From a virus: a DNA stretch of 64,000 nucleotides. Made by a program: the position numbers and the translations under genes. The notes beneath the pieces were generated by a model. It was not told where the DNA came from, made no database searches, and saw nothing but the letters and a program-made list of their open reading frames with translations. Positions 37,164 through 47,600 of the stretch are shown here, piece by piece. Location: the IMG/VR virus record IMGVR_UViG_3300021142_001794, positions 3,958-67,957 of that record; one strand, 5' to 3'. Position 1 is the stretch's first letter. Each line of letters opens with the position of its first letter.

Positions 37164-38024
37164 CTATTCTTTTGATTTAGGTCTTCTACCCCTTCTTTTT
37201 GGCTCATCCTCTTCCTCTATCTGTATCGTTTCGACAGTTCCGTCATTTTTAACATTGACCGTTTCGTTTTCAGCTAAAGGAGAAGGTGCAGGATTAACTG
37301 ATTGTTGTTGCTGTGGCTGTTCCGTTGTTGCTTGTTGTGTTGGTGGTGGTGGCATCGTAGCCCCTACCGGTCTTTTACTTATCTCTACCAACTTTTCATA
37401 CATATTTTTTTTCTGCTTGGCAAGTTGAATAACGATAGGCACTTTTTGTACCAAATCCATAACAACGTAATAAGCCAACATTTCTTCGTCAGTAAGCCCT
37501 ATTCCTTTCTTTAGTAGTATCCTTGTCAATAAAGGTCTTACATTGTCTTTAAACTCTTGGCTTACAGTAAGGACATCGCTAGTTCCACTATTATACTCTA
37601 CTATTACTTGCTCGACCGTCCTAATAGTACCATCATCATAGGTTATCTTGGCATTAAGGTTAATGTCACCTTTCAAGTGTGATTCCCTTGCTTTGTCTTC
37701 ATTAATCTTACAAAGCCCCTCTGCTGCTTTATGTAGATAAGAATAAACTCCGATAGCCATATCTGCCATTGCGTCTGCTTGTCTTTTCTTTTCGCCAGCA
37801 GACATATCTTCCAACTCTTCATTAAAAGGCTGTTGTTGTTTCTTTTCCTTAGTTTGTTGCGGTTCGGCTACATCTTCGTCCTCATCCATTTGAAAAGGTG
37901 GGGGTGTAAATGCTGGCTCTGGAATAGGACTATTCTTTTCTTGCTCACTCATTTCGATATTGATTCCGCCGTAATTCTTTACATCAACATCTTTACTTAA
38001 CATTGGGTGTTTACTTGATTCCAT
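37164..38024 (-). CDS. Hypothetical protein, possible packaging accessory
   Basis: Acidic N-terminus, hydrophobic helix, P/Q-rich tail. Confidence 0.55.
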   Translation of the reverse strand: MESSKHPMLSKDVDVKNYGGINIEMSEQEKNSPIPEPAFTPPPFQMDEDEDVAEPQQTKEKKQQQPFNEELEDMSAGEKKRQADAMADMAIGVYSYLHKAAEGLCKINEDKARESHLKGDINLNAKITYDDGTIRTVEQVIVEYNSGTSDVLTVSQEFKDNVRPLLTRILLKKGIGLTDEEMLAYYVVMDLVQKVPIVIQLAKQKKNMYEKLVEISKRPVGATMPPPPTQQATTEQPQQQQSVNPAPSPLAENETVNVKNDGTVETIQIEEEDEPKRRGRRPKSKE

Positions 38025-38445
38025 AATTTTTATCGTTTAATTTTTGTTTTGCTTTTTCGTAGCCCTCTTTTAATATTATATCACTAGGCACTTTAGGATT
38101 GAAAAGGTTCGCATTTTTAAAATATTTAACCATATTGTAAACACTTTGCTTAGTCGTTACATTTAGCGACATAGCTATTGTATTGTATGGCACATTTTCA
38201 AACCTTAGCATATAAGCCATTATAGCCCTTGCAGCCATATTTACATCATTACTTTTTGATACCAAACATTCTTTATCATTGAAAGCATATATTATAGCAT
38301 CCTTAATGGTTTTTATCTTTTCATCAGTAGCCGTTGATACCCTTTGCTTCTTTAAATCCTTTATAGTTTCCCTTATGCCTTTAAGCGTAACGGTCTTACT
38401 CATTTCAATCAACAAATCACTAAAGTGTTTATCTTCTTTTGCCAT
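38011..38445 (-). CDS. HTH protein (DnaA-C-like)
   Basis: ARAIMAYML..YNTIAMSLN..QSVYNM. Confidence 0.5.
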   Translation of the reverse strand: MAKEDKHFSDLLIEMSKTVTLKGIRETIKDLKKQRVSTATDEKIKTIKDAIIYAFNDKECLVSKSNDVNMAARAIMAYMLRFENVPYNTIAMSLNVTTKQSVYNMVKYFKNANLFNPKVPSDIILKEGYEKAKQKLNDKNYGIK

Positions 38446-39131
38446 TATAGCTTATGTTTTTTCTTGAAAGGTGGATAATTCAAAACCATTTCCGCTACTT
38501 CTACGCCCTTATCTACGTCCGACAAATAATGTACACCCATGAATAACCTCGAATAGTTAAAATCCCTACTCGCCTTGCCCATCCAATCAAATAACTCTGG
38601 ATGATAGATACCAACTACGCCACTTAGTATTGCACCCATATAAGCATGACCGCTAGGATAACTAGGGCTATCAATCGTTATGCTTTGGTGGTGATGGAAG
38701 TCGCTCATTTCGTAGTAAACTGCCATTTGATATGGTCTAGGTCTTTGATAGTGGTATTTAAGTTTAGTTATCAATCCTAGCGTATCAAAAAGCACATCAT
38801 CCAAAACCTGATTCAGCCTATTGGCATCTATACCAAATTTGCCATCCTGTGTTGCGATTCCCTGTTTTAAGAACTCCACCAATCCTACATCGTGGCTTCT
38901 ATACCTATCCAATGCCGTATGGTTCTGCAAGATTGTTTTAGTATTGTTAACCAATGTTTGCAGTTCAGCCCTTGTTATACGACTACTATTGGTAGGTGGT
39001 TTATTTGCAGGGTCGCTTATTATTTGGGTAAATAGTTTGTCAAGGTAACTAGGTAGCTTTAGCCATTCATCTTGCTCCAATGTTGCGTTGCCGTACTTAA
39101 TCAAATCTAGTTCCTTTGGGAATAAACCCAT
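38445..39131 (-). CDS. PAP2/vanadium-haloperoxidase-superfamily phosphatase
   Basis: KYHYQRPRP, PSYPSGH, SRLFMGVHYLSD. Confidence 0.85.
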   Translation of the reverse strand: MGLFPKELDLIKYGNATLEQDEWLKLPSYLDKLFTQIISDPANKPPTNSSRITRAELQTLVNNTKTILQNHTALDRYRSHDVGLVEFLKQGIATQDGKFGIDANRLNQVLDDVLFDTLGLITKLKYHYQRPRPYQMAVYYEMSDFHHHQSITIDSPSYPSGHAYMGAILSGVVGIYHPELFDWMGKASRDFNYSRLFMGVHYLSDVDKGVEVAEMVLNYPPFKKKHKL

Positions 39132-39244
39132 AATGCTTCGTTTTTAATTCACATCGCAAATTTAGTGCATTTTATTAAGGAAATGTTAAAATAAGTAAAT
39201 TATGGCTCTATTTTGTATATATAATATATATTTGCAAGGAATTA

Positions 39245-39273
39245 AAAAAGGGCAGCCATAGATATAGCCGCCC
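39245..39273 (-). terminator. Terminator after tRNA-Met
   Basis: GGGCGGCTA..TGGCTGCCC followed by TTTTTT. Confidence 0.6.
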
Positions 39274-39314
39274 GTAGAATCAAAAACCCTCCCCATGAAA
39301 GAAAAAAATATTAG

Positions 39315-39387
39315 TAGCGGCGGCAAGGTTCGAACTTGCGGTATCTAGCTTATGAGGCTAACGAGATGACCACTTCTCCACGCCGCA
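39315..39387 (-). tRNA. tRNA-Met(CAT), initiator-like
   Basis: TTAGC-CTCATAA-GCTAG; unpaired 1:72 (T:T); GCAAG-TTCGAAC-CTTGC T-arm. Confidence 0.85.
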
Positions 39388-39392
39388 ATTTA

Positions 39393-39779
39393 TTAGAACA
39401 ATCCCTTTATGTTTCCGCTTGAATTTACACTAGTGGTACTTTCACTAGTCTGTTTCTTTTGTAAGTCCTGCACCGTTGTTTGTAGGTTTGCTATATCATT
39501 GGTTAAAGTAGCAATTACGCCGTTCTGTGTCTTTATCTGTGTAGAATAGTAATGTACAGCGTAAACGATACCCGTAATGGCTGCAACTACTACAATAGCT
39601 TCTACCCAATCAATGTTTTTTAAGAACTCGAAATGGTTTTTTTGTGGTGTTTCTGCTACAACTGTCGTAGGGTTATATTGTGGTGTCACACCTTCAACCG
39701 TTACCCCAGCAGGTTGAATAGCAGGTGTCGTAGGTATTTGTGGTGCGCCCATATCAGGCTGCATTATTGGCTCTGGCAT
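39393..39779 (-). CDS. TM plus coiled-coil protein
   Basis: Central TM, heptad region. Confidence 0.65.
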   Translation of the reverse strand: MPEPIMQPDMGAPQIPTTPAIQPAGVTVEGVTPQYNPTTVVAETPQKNHFEFLKNIDWVEAIVVVAAITGIVYAVHYYSTQIKTQNGVIATLTNDIANLQTTVQDLQKKQTSESTTSVNSSGNIKGLF

Positions 39780-39803
39780 TTTATTTTAGTTTTTATAGTG
39801 TTA

Positions 39804-39911
39804 TCATTTTCCTGCGTTCCATCCTTTACTAGCTACCCAAAAGATGCCATATATAAATGCACCCGTGATAGCTAATCCAACAGCCGTTCCTATTAGTGTT
39901 TTCTTTTGCAT
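39804..39911 (-). CDS. Small single-TM protein (35 aa), not in ORF track
   Basis: MQKKTLIGTAVGLAITGAFIYGIFWVASKGWNAGK. Confidence 0.55.
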   Translation of the reverse strand: MQKKTLIGTAVGLAITGAFIYGIFWVASKGWNAGK

Positions 39912-39944
39912 TTTGATTTTATTTTTAATTTACAAAGATAGTGA

Positions 39945-40343
39945 TTAGTTTGTTTTGGCAGATGTCGAAGCTAAATCTTGTTGCAATTTCTCGTCTTTTT
40001 CTATATTCTTAGCAATTACACCTACAATTAAACCAGCACTTAATAATCCTATACCTATTCTAGCTTTATTCTTATAATCACCCCCTACTGAACAAAGAAT
40101 ACCTAAAACCAATAAATACCAGCCAGCAGTATAACCGTAATACCCCAAGCTGTTACGTATCCAATATTGCTTAGGGGTAATTTTACCCTCTTCCAATTCT
40201 TGCTTATCTATTTGTTCTCTCCAAAAAAAAATTGCATCTGCGGGTGTTGGGATACAGTTACTTAAAATCGAAGCAATAACTGCGGTAAATATTATTGCAT
40301 CCCCATTACCATTACTCCATGCTTTTTTTATTCCTAAATCCAT
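39945..40343 (-). CDS. Multi-TM membrane protein
   Basis: Three hydrophobic segments. Confidence 0.65.
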   Translation of the reverse strand: MDLGIKKAWSNGNGDAIIFTAVIASILSNCIPTPADAIFFWREQIDKQELEEGKITPKQYWIRNSLGYYGYTAGWYLLVLGILCSVGGDYKNKARIGIGLLSAGLIVGVIAKNIEKDEKLQQDLASTSAKTN

Positions 40344-40460
40344 AATTTTTTTATTTTAAAATTACCCCGTTGCAAGTGTTTCGTTACAACGGGGATGTTT
40401 GTCCTTTTACAGAATCCAATAGGTTTTCGTGGCAAGGACTAATCGTGATTGAACCAAATA

Positions 40461-40814
40461 TCAACTCCTTTTTTGTACGGTCGTATAAACCATGTTGTTT
40501 TTAACCAAATCAATACTATCATAACTTGTACCGCCTTCGGGCTTTATTGTAGTTCCAAATTTTATACCCCAAGAACCATCAAGTATAAACGTATCGCTAC
40601 CATAAATACCCAATGTTACTTTCTGCCAAATAGCATTTTTGTAGGTCATCGTAGCCGTTCCTTTATCGTAATCTACGTTTTGAATGTTTATAGAAGGAAT
40701 CCAAATATTGTTAAGAAAGAATGAGTACCCTGCACCTATGGCACATATACCAGCCACAACTGCGCCTACTTTGATGATTATATCAGTAGCTTTGCTGAAT
40801 TTTGCTAATTCCAT
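40461..40814 (-). CDS. Single-TM protein
   Basis: N-terminal TM, beta domain; TACCTTTG promoter at 40832-40839. Confidence 0.65.
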   Translation of the reverse strand: MELAKFSKATDIIIKVGAVVAGICAIGAGYSFFLNNIWIPSINIQNVDYDKGTATMTYKNAIWQKVTLGIYGSDTFILDGSWGIKFGTTIKPEGGTSYDSIDLVKNNMVYTTVQKRS

Positions 40815-41103
40815 TTTTATAGTTTACCTTGCAAAGGTAGTTAAAATGTTAAGAAAACTAAAAAATTCTGTAAATTGTGTTCGAAATTGCATTTTATCCC
40901 TTATAGTGTATATATTTGTTCTAACAAAATGATAACGATATGTGCAACATTCAGAAAAAAGAAGCACAAATTAAGGTGCTAAGAAACAGTATTGCCAATG
41001 GCAAATGCAAGAATATCTTTTCCGTTACTAATAAGATTAAGAAGCTTCAAAAAGAGGTAATAGTAGCATACAAAGGAAAGTCTTACGAACAATTCTTAGC
41101 AAG

Positions 41104-41286
41104 ATGAAAAATATAGAAATGATTAAGAGAAAAATAATAGAGTGGTTTTACGGTAAACCAATTATCGGCGAAAAAGTAGAATACAATAGTACCCTATTGA
41201 TTAAAGAAACGGTTGTCAGCAAGTCATTTATGGATAACTTTAAATGGGATTCACACCTATTTAGCAACATCAAAATAATTGACTAA
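41104..41286 (+). CDS. Hypothetical protein
   Basis: Small plus-strand island after TATATTTG at 40911-40918. Confidence 0.5.
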   Translation: MKNIEMIKRKIIEWFYGKPIIGEKVEYNSTLLIKETVVSKSFMDNFKWDSHLFSNIKIID

Positions 41287-41480
41287 TGGGAGTAATATTT
41301 ATTTGCCTTTACTTATTTATAGGCAGCTTATCCGTGTTGGTTAAGTCTAAAGAAATAGATGCTTTAGTTGATATTGTGTGTGCTTGTAAAGGTATTAGTG
41401 GCATTGATTATTGTATATACCTATTCTTTGTGAGAATCTTATTTGTTCTATTATTCCCTTTCTTGGTATTCTTAAAATAA
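41286..41480 (+). CDS. Small membrane protein
   Basis: Hydrophobic, coupled ORF. Confidence 0.5.
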   Translation: MGVIFICLYLFIGSLSVLVKSKEIDALVDIVCACKGISGIDYCIYLFFVRILFVLLFPFLVFLK

Positions 41481-41484
41481 ATCT

Positions 41485-41685
41485 ATGGCTGGTGTAATTG
41501 ACTGGTATTATAACAATGAATTTAGGGCAAGAAGATATTATCACGATAGGATAGATAGAAAAGAAACAATGAGGCGAATAGTAGATAGTGTTGGAGTGAA
41601 TAACAGGCACAAGATGTACTTCGTATTACGACCTAGTGTCACACTAAAAAAGTTAATGGAAGAAGAAAGCCAACTAAGAAAGTAG
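41485..41685 (+). CDS. Hypothetical protein
   Basis: ORF in island. Confidence 0.5.
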   Translation: MAGVIDWYYNNEFRARRYYHDRIDRKETMRRIVDSVGVNNRHKMYFVLRPSVTLKKLMEEESQLRK

Positions 41686-41699
41686 TTGTCTTTTTAATT

Positions 41700-42008
41700 C
41701 TACCACAATAATCTATCTGCATAATACCCAGCACTACCTTTTACGTTCCTATCGTTCTTATGCCTTATCTTGTATAACTTACGCCTATCGTCTGCATAGT
41801 CTTTGCCGTGCTGCCTAATGTAGTATGGGTAATCTAAATATCCCATAGCACCTACCGAGCATATCTTTTTACCTTCCTTATCGAATACATCAATCTTCTT
41901 TAATGGATTAGCGGATGGCTTAACAGTAACGCCTAATTTAGATGCAGCACGGAAAGTGTATGGAAGGATAACGTAAGCCATATTAGAACCACTTTTGCCA
42001 CTTGCCAA
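41700..42008 (-). CDS. Basic protein resembling DUF5754 family of large DNA viruses
   Basis: KKIDVF..SVGA.GY.DYP.Y..RRKLYKIRH..GYYADRLLW. Confidence 0.6.
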   Translation of the reverse strand: MASGKSGSNMAYVILPYTFRAASKLGVTVKPSANPLKKIDVFDKEGKKICSVGAMGYLDYPYYIRQHGKDYADDRRKLYKIRHKNDRNVKGSAGYYADRLLW

Positions 42009-42423
42009 TAAATAATAACCCCATTGCAGAAATACCTAACCCGGCAATCCATCCTATTGCACTAGATTCTTTTTCTTCAACCTTGCCACCATCTTCTTTT
42101 TTTTTGGGTTCTTCAACTATTTGAGGAGTTGGCTTTACTTCTTCTACAACAGGCTCTGGAGTAATAACTACTACCTCTTTTTTTTTCCTAGCGGCTTGCA
42201 TCTTAGCAGCATTGGCTTTATAGGATTCATTACGGGCTATTTTCTTGCATAGGTCGCTATCCAATGCTTCTAGTGCAGCCCAAGCATCTTCGTTATTCTC
42301 GCTTTCGGCTACTGCTTGTAGTTGTAGCAAGTCTTTAATCGCTTGCTTAGATTTTGGCAGCAAGTCATCTTCTGTGATACCTGCTACTTTTAATGCTTCT
42401 TTGTACTTTAATTTGTAACTCAT
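41983..42423 (-). CDS. C-terminal TM protein
   Basis: Charged helical body, TM followed by KWQKWF. Confidence 0.65.
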   Translation of the reverse strand: MSYKLKYKEALKVAGITEDDLLPKSKQAIKDLLQLQAVAESENNEDAWAALEALDSDLCKKIARNESYKANAAKMQAARKKKEVVVITPEPVVEEVKPTPQIVEEPKKKEDGGKVEEKESSAIGWIAGLGISAMGLLFIGKWQKWF

Positions 42424-42443
42424 ATTCGTGGGTTCTTAATTGA

Positions 42444-44564
42444 TTATTTTAGTTTGCTTAATTTATCGTAATTAAATATTTCATCTAATTTAGTTTTATA
42501 AAAAGCATCTGATATTTTTTTAAACAAATTTTTTCTATTTGAAGGCTCTGGCGAATTTTCAGACATTTCCCATAATATATTATCTGAATTTTTACGCATA
42601 TTCTTTTTTTCTAGCAAGTATTTTATTGCTTTTTTTGTTTTTAAAGAAGATGCTTGCTTTATGTTACTTATTTCAATATAATAAAATCCATCTTTATGTC
42701 TTATATTATCAAGCATTTCTCCCCCCTTACCCATCTTACTTTTAGCTACTTGCGCCCCGATAATCCTTTGTGCTGCTTCTCTAGCTTCTTTAGGGCTGTA
42801 TTTCTTACCGTAAGCACCTTGATACTCACTAGGCACATATTCACCCTCTAACCTTTGCTCAACTGCTTTGGTTTTGGAAGCAAAAGTTTGATCGCCTTTA
42901 GCCTTTTTATCTGATTGCTCTTTTATAAGTTCGATTGCAAGTTCTCTATGGTGTTTTGCAGAATCTAAGTACGATTGTTTTTGTGCAGGGTCTGCTCCAT
43001 CATAAGCATAACGCTCTCTAGCATCAGCAGCCCTTTCTAGTTCATCAACCGTCATGCCATAATACTTTTCATCTTTATAAACCGTCTTACCCCCCTTTCC
43101 AAACTCCTTTTCTTCCCCTTCCAAGTAGTGCGCTACATCGGCTATATCAGTTGCGCTACGTTCAATCTTAGCAACTACCCAAGCAGGAACATCTTCGCTA
43201 CCTTCCAATGTTTCTTGCAGTTCCTTAGCGTGGTGTGCAATTTCAGTAGCCTTATTCGCAACAAGTTCTTTATTGTCAAGTTCGCCACCATGTTCGTACA
43301 TACCTTCATTAACCAACTTTGCACCGAAATTATTTAAGAATCCTTTAAGTTGTTTTACACTATTCTCGTTCGATTTTCCATTTCTTTTATATTCGACCCA
43401 ATCTTCGTCTATATTATCAATAAATAATCTTTCAATTTCTATTTTCTCCCCATTCGGTAAATAAAATATTTGACCAACCTCTATCTCTTTAACCCTTCCG
43501 CTTTTATAAAGCGAACCACCCTCTTTATATTCCTTAAACTCCTTTAAATGACTATCCGCAATATCTAAAGAAATATGCAAGTCGCTACGATAGTTGTTGA
43601 TAGCGAACATTTCAATATCGTAAACCAAATCCTTTTTACTATCCCCAGCGAATATTTTATCTAAGTAAAAAGCACATTTGCGTAGTGCCTCTTTCTTATT
43701 TTCAAAATGAGCGTGTAGATGTTGTTCTTCTATCTTAGCAATAGCCTCTTTAAACTCATTGTGAGCCTTTTCGGTGAAGTGCTTAGTTTCATATCCAAAG
43801 ACGTTTAAGTTGTGGTGTAATTCGCCACCATGTTCGTGTTCGTCAACTACCTTAATATCTTCTAATCTATAATTAACCATTTCTTCAAAACCTAATTCGG
43901 GATAGTATATTTTAACAAAATCCCCATCAGTTCCTTTATATATACCTATTTGTTTTCTAAATGGCACTTTTAATCTAGTTTCATTAATTACAAGTTCACC
44001 ACCCTTTGCATACATTTCGCCTCCTTTCTCTAAGTACTCTCTACCAACAACGTGTTTGTGTTCTTTAGCTTCTTTAGAAGTAACCACCTTAGCAACTTCG
44101 CCGTCTATAACAAAGGATTCAGATTTGATTATTTCAGCCTTTTCTTTTGTTGTAGGTTTAGAAATTATAGTCCAATATGAAACACCGTTATCATAAGTCT
44201 TTTCTGCAACTACTACATAGTCTTTTATCTCACCGCCTTTTTCATATTCACCTTCATGCACGTGTTCATCAAGCCTATTCTTAATCCAATCGTAAAGGTC
44301 GCTATACTTGTAGTCTTTAAACTTTAGTTGTTCTGGATGCTTGTTAGTATGGTCTTTTAAGAAGTGTTCCCTTTGCTCAACCGTCCACATATCCCAAATC
44401 TCTTCGGCTATTTTGCCTTTGTATTGGTTTTCGATTTCTTTTTTTTGTTCAAACAAGTGTTCTGCACCTTTTGACTTTTCTATTTTCTTTTTTGCGTTCT
44501 CTAGTATTTTACTTACGCTATCCTTTAGTTGAGCGGCTTTAGTTACTCTTTTTGATGTTGCCAT
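42444..44564 (-). CDS. Modular polyprotein-like protein punctuated by xxGG motifs
   Basis: Eight (Y/F/M/L/H)x(K/E/H)GG motifs separate unrelated-looking segments. Confidence 0.7.
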   Translation of the reverse strand: MATSKRVTKAAQLKDSVSKILENAKKKIEKSKGAEHLFEQKKEIENQYKGKIAEEIWDMWTVEQREHFLKDHTNKHPEQLKFKDYKYSDLYDWIKNRLDEHVHEGEYEKGGEIKDYVVVAEKTYDNGVSYWTIISKPTTKEKAEIIKSESFVIDGEVAKVVTSKEAKEHKHVVGREYLEKGGEMYAKGGELVINETRLKVPFRKQIGIYKGTDGDFVKIYYPELGFEEMVNYRLEDIKVVDEHEHGGELHHNLNVFGYETKHFTEKAHNEFKEAIAKIEEQHLHAHFENKKEALRKCAFYLDKIFAGDSKKDLVYDIEMFAINNYRSDLHISLDIADSHLKEFKEYKEGGSLYKSGRVKEIEVGQIFYLPNGEKIEIERLFIDNIDEDWVEYKRNGKSNENSVKQLKGFLNNFGAKLVNEGMYEHGGELDNKELVANKATEIAHHAKELQETLEGSEDVPAWVVAKIERSATDIADVAHYLEGEEKEFGKGGKTVYKDEKYYGMTVDELERAADARERYAYDGADPAQKQSYLDSAKHHRELAIELIKEQSDKKAKGDQTFASKTKAVEQRLEGEYVPSEYQGAYGKKYSPKEAREAAQRIIGAQVAKSKMGKGGEMLDNIRHKDGFYYIEISNIKQASSLKTKKAIKYLLEKKNMRKNSDNILWEMSENSPEPSNRKNLFKKISDAFYKTKLDEIFNYDKLSKLK

Positions 44565-44620
44565 TTTGTTTTTTGTATTTTGGTTGTAAAATTAGTTAAT
44601 TATTATGATACTTTATTTAT

Positions 44621-47600
44621 TTAGATTTGTCCACCTTTCTTTAATCTTGTTTTAGGATTTGCATCGGCTCTATTTGGTCTATTTTCATAGTAAGTATTAC
44701 CACTAGAAGAAACTCTTTTTCCAGCAGGTAAAGCAGTTCTTTTACTATCAGACTTTAAAGACTTTTCACTACGACCCTTATTGAAATTATCCACTTCTTT
44801 TACTTTAGCAACCCTTTTAGTTGTAGCCTTTTTAATTACAGGCTTCTTAACTTCATAGTGTTTTAATAAAGCATTGCTAATAGCCTTTGCTTTAAAGTAC
44901 TTATCAAGCCTTTCATCTTTTGGAACTTTATTTAGTTCGGAAAGTTCGCTGTTTATTTTTTTAAGTAAGTTATCTTTAGTTATTTTGCCGCTTTTTAATT
45001 CCTTATCGTAATGATTAATCCAATAATTAATAGATACTGTGTAATCCTCTTTAGGCGTTTCAAATTTAGGCTTCTCTTTTTCAATTTCTTTCAAGAACTC
45101 TTTGCCTGTTTCATAGCTAGTTTTCAATCTTACATAACTACCCTCTTCCGCCCAATTTTTATTTTCTATTGCTTCATAACGCTTTATTTGCTCTGGATAC
45201 ATTGCCATGCTTTCCTTTAGCTGTTTTAATAGTTTAGCCTTTTCTGCTTCACTAGCACTATTATATGTTTTAAAGGTGTTTTCAAGCATCTCTTTATTTA
45301 TGTAGCTATGCGGTTCTTCTTTATTATCATTGGGTAACTGAAACTTGGGGGCCGATCCGTACTCTATTATCTTACCATTGCTATTATCCCTACGCCACAA
45401 CATATTACCCTTTAGTTTCAAGAAGGTAAAATTAGTGTCAGTTGGTTTGTCTTTAAACTTTTCTTTTACATAGTCGGGGATGTCGCTATTAATATCTTCG
45501 ACAACCTCTATCTTATTTTCAGCCAAGTCTAATTTAGCATCCGATTGTTCGTTGATGTTTTCTTCTTTTACTTGCTCTGGTTCAACTACTTCAATCTTCT
45601 TTTCTTCTACATAAGCACCAAAACCCGTTTGAGATAAGAACTCTTCCACTAAAGGTTTAATCGTTTCTTCAAAGTTCTTTTTGCTTACATAATTATCATC
45701 CAAGAAATAAGGCTTATTAACATTTTTGGCATCATCACTAAATGTAGTAACAGAAAAGTATTGTTCCATACACCTAGCAAAGCACTCTTTAGTAGAATTA
45801 TAGTAATCACTACTAGATTTTACATTCATCAACTTTCTAAATGTAAATGCCAATACGCCAGCTTTACCCTCATAATCATCAGTAGCCCAACGCTTACCAC
45901 TTAATCTACCTAAGTGATTATCTATATAGTGGGCTGTCTCGTGTGAAAATATACTTTCAAACATTTCATTGCCGTGTTTAGCAGAAACGGCTATCGTTTT
46001 CATCTTAGGCACAAATACGCCTACTGCCTTACTTGCAAACACATTGGTATTAGAGGTGTGGGATATTTTCATTCCATCGGCTCTAGCTATATTGCTAAGG
46101 TTTCCATATACTTTCTGTAACGCTATCCATCCGTTTTCTATTTGATTGACTTGTATAGCATCAATCATTTTGCCGTCTTGCCTTTTAACCAATATACCAT
46201 ATTTAGCAAATAGAATATCATTTGTATTTATATCCCCAAAAGATGTTTCAAGGGCTTTTTTATATTGCTCGTTATCTACTTCACGCTGAATTTTAATGTC
46301 CTTTATTTTAAAGTCCATCATTTCACGGAACTTTACCCAGTACTCCCAAACTACACTATTTGCAAATTGACCCCTTTCATTAACTGTTCTAACCTTCGTT
46401 GGGTCTAAAAATCTTTCGTACATAAAGTGAAAAGAAGTCCACATACTATGACTATCTAGTTGTGATTTTAACCTTTCGGGATTATATCTTTTATATGGCT
46501 TGTACAATGCTTCCTTGCCCGCCAAGTCTAGTGCCTCAAATTGTTCTCTAGTTACCTTCTTTTGAACTTCTTTAGGCAAATAGTTGTAATAGCCCTTTTG
46601 GTTTAATATTCTTTCTCTAGCAGATTCGGGAGTTTGGTTATAATAAGCCAAAGAACGCTCGTTTCTTTCATCAGCTTCTTTTACCTTGATAGCCTTAGCT
46701 TTAGTAAAATAGTAATCTTGCAGCAATACAAGTTGGTCTAATGTTACTAACACATAACCGTGTTCATAAGTGTAGGCATCACGACCCCCAATTAAATTAA
46801 CCGACCTACCTATAAATTCTTTTTTTGCCCCAATCTTTTCTTGATAACCATTTACCGCTACTATGTAGGTATCTTTAGCTATCCTTATCGCATCAAATAA
46901 ATAACCCTTTTGCCTAAATACATCTTCGTTAATATAGGGGATATAAGCTGGCATTTCATCTGTTAATATGGTTTCTTCGTCAAATGATATTACGCTTGTA
47001 TCAACATTTAATAAAGAAGGGATATTATCATTAATAGTTCCTTTTTGGTCGGTAAATTCTGAAATAGTACCACCTTTTAAAACAGCTTTCTCAACATTCT
47101 TAGCGTGTATTATTTTTACCTCTAAGTTTTTAATATCCGCATACAGCTCTTGCTTTTCTTCGCCTAATTGCTTATATTTTGGTATAGCCAACTTACCCTC
47201 TTCGGTTTTAAAATCCCATGCTAACCCTTTTTCTTCCTTATTGATTTCGTTAATCCTATCTTTGATATTAGACTTTTCAGTTTCTAACTTTTCTACTTCT
47301 TGCTTGTAAGTATTTTTCAAGTTTTCTAATGCCGCCCCAAAGTCCTTTAGTAGATTTTCCCTTTCTTCTTCACTCAAAGATTCCATAAACTTTTTAGCTG
47401 CCTCTTTTGCATCAACTTCGCCACCCTCTTTAAACTTCGAAATTTTGTGATGATGTGATTCACCTTTAATGTGAGCCTTTAATAATGACAATGCAAGTGC
47501 TAATTCCCTATCGTTTGTTATATTGTGTATTTGAATAAGCCTTTCGTCAAACAGTTGTTTTATTTGCTCAAAAGTTAATTCCTTGCTTTCTTTCTGTGTA

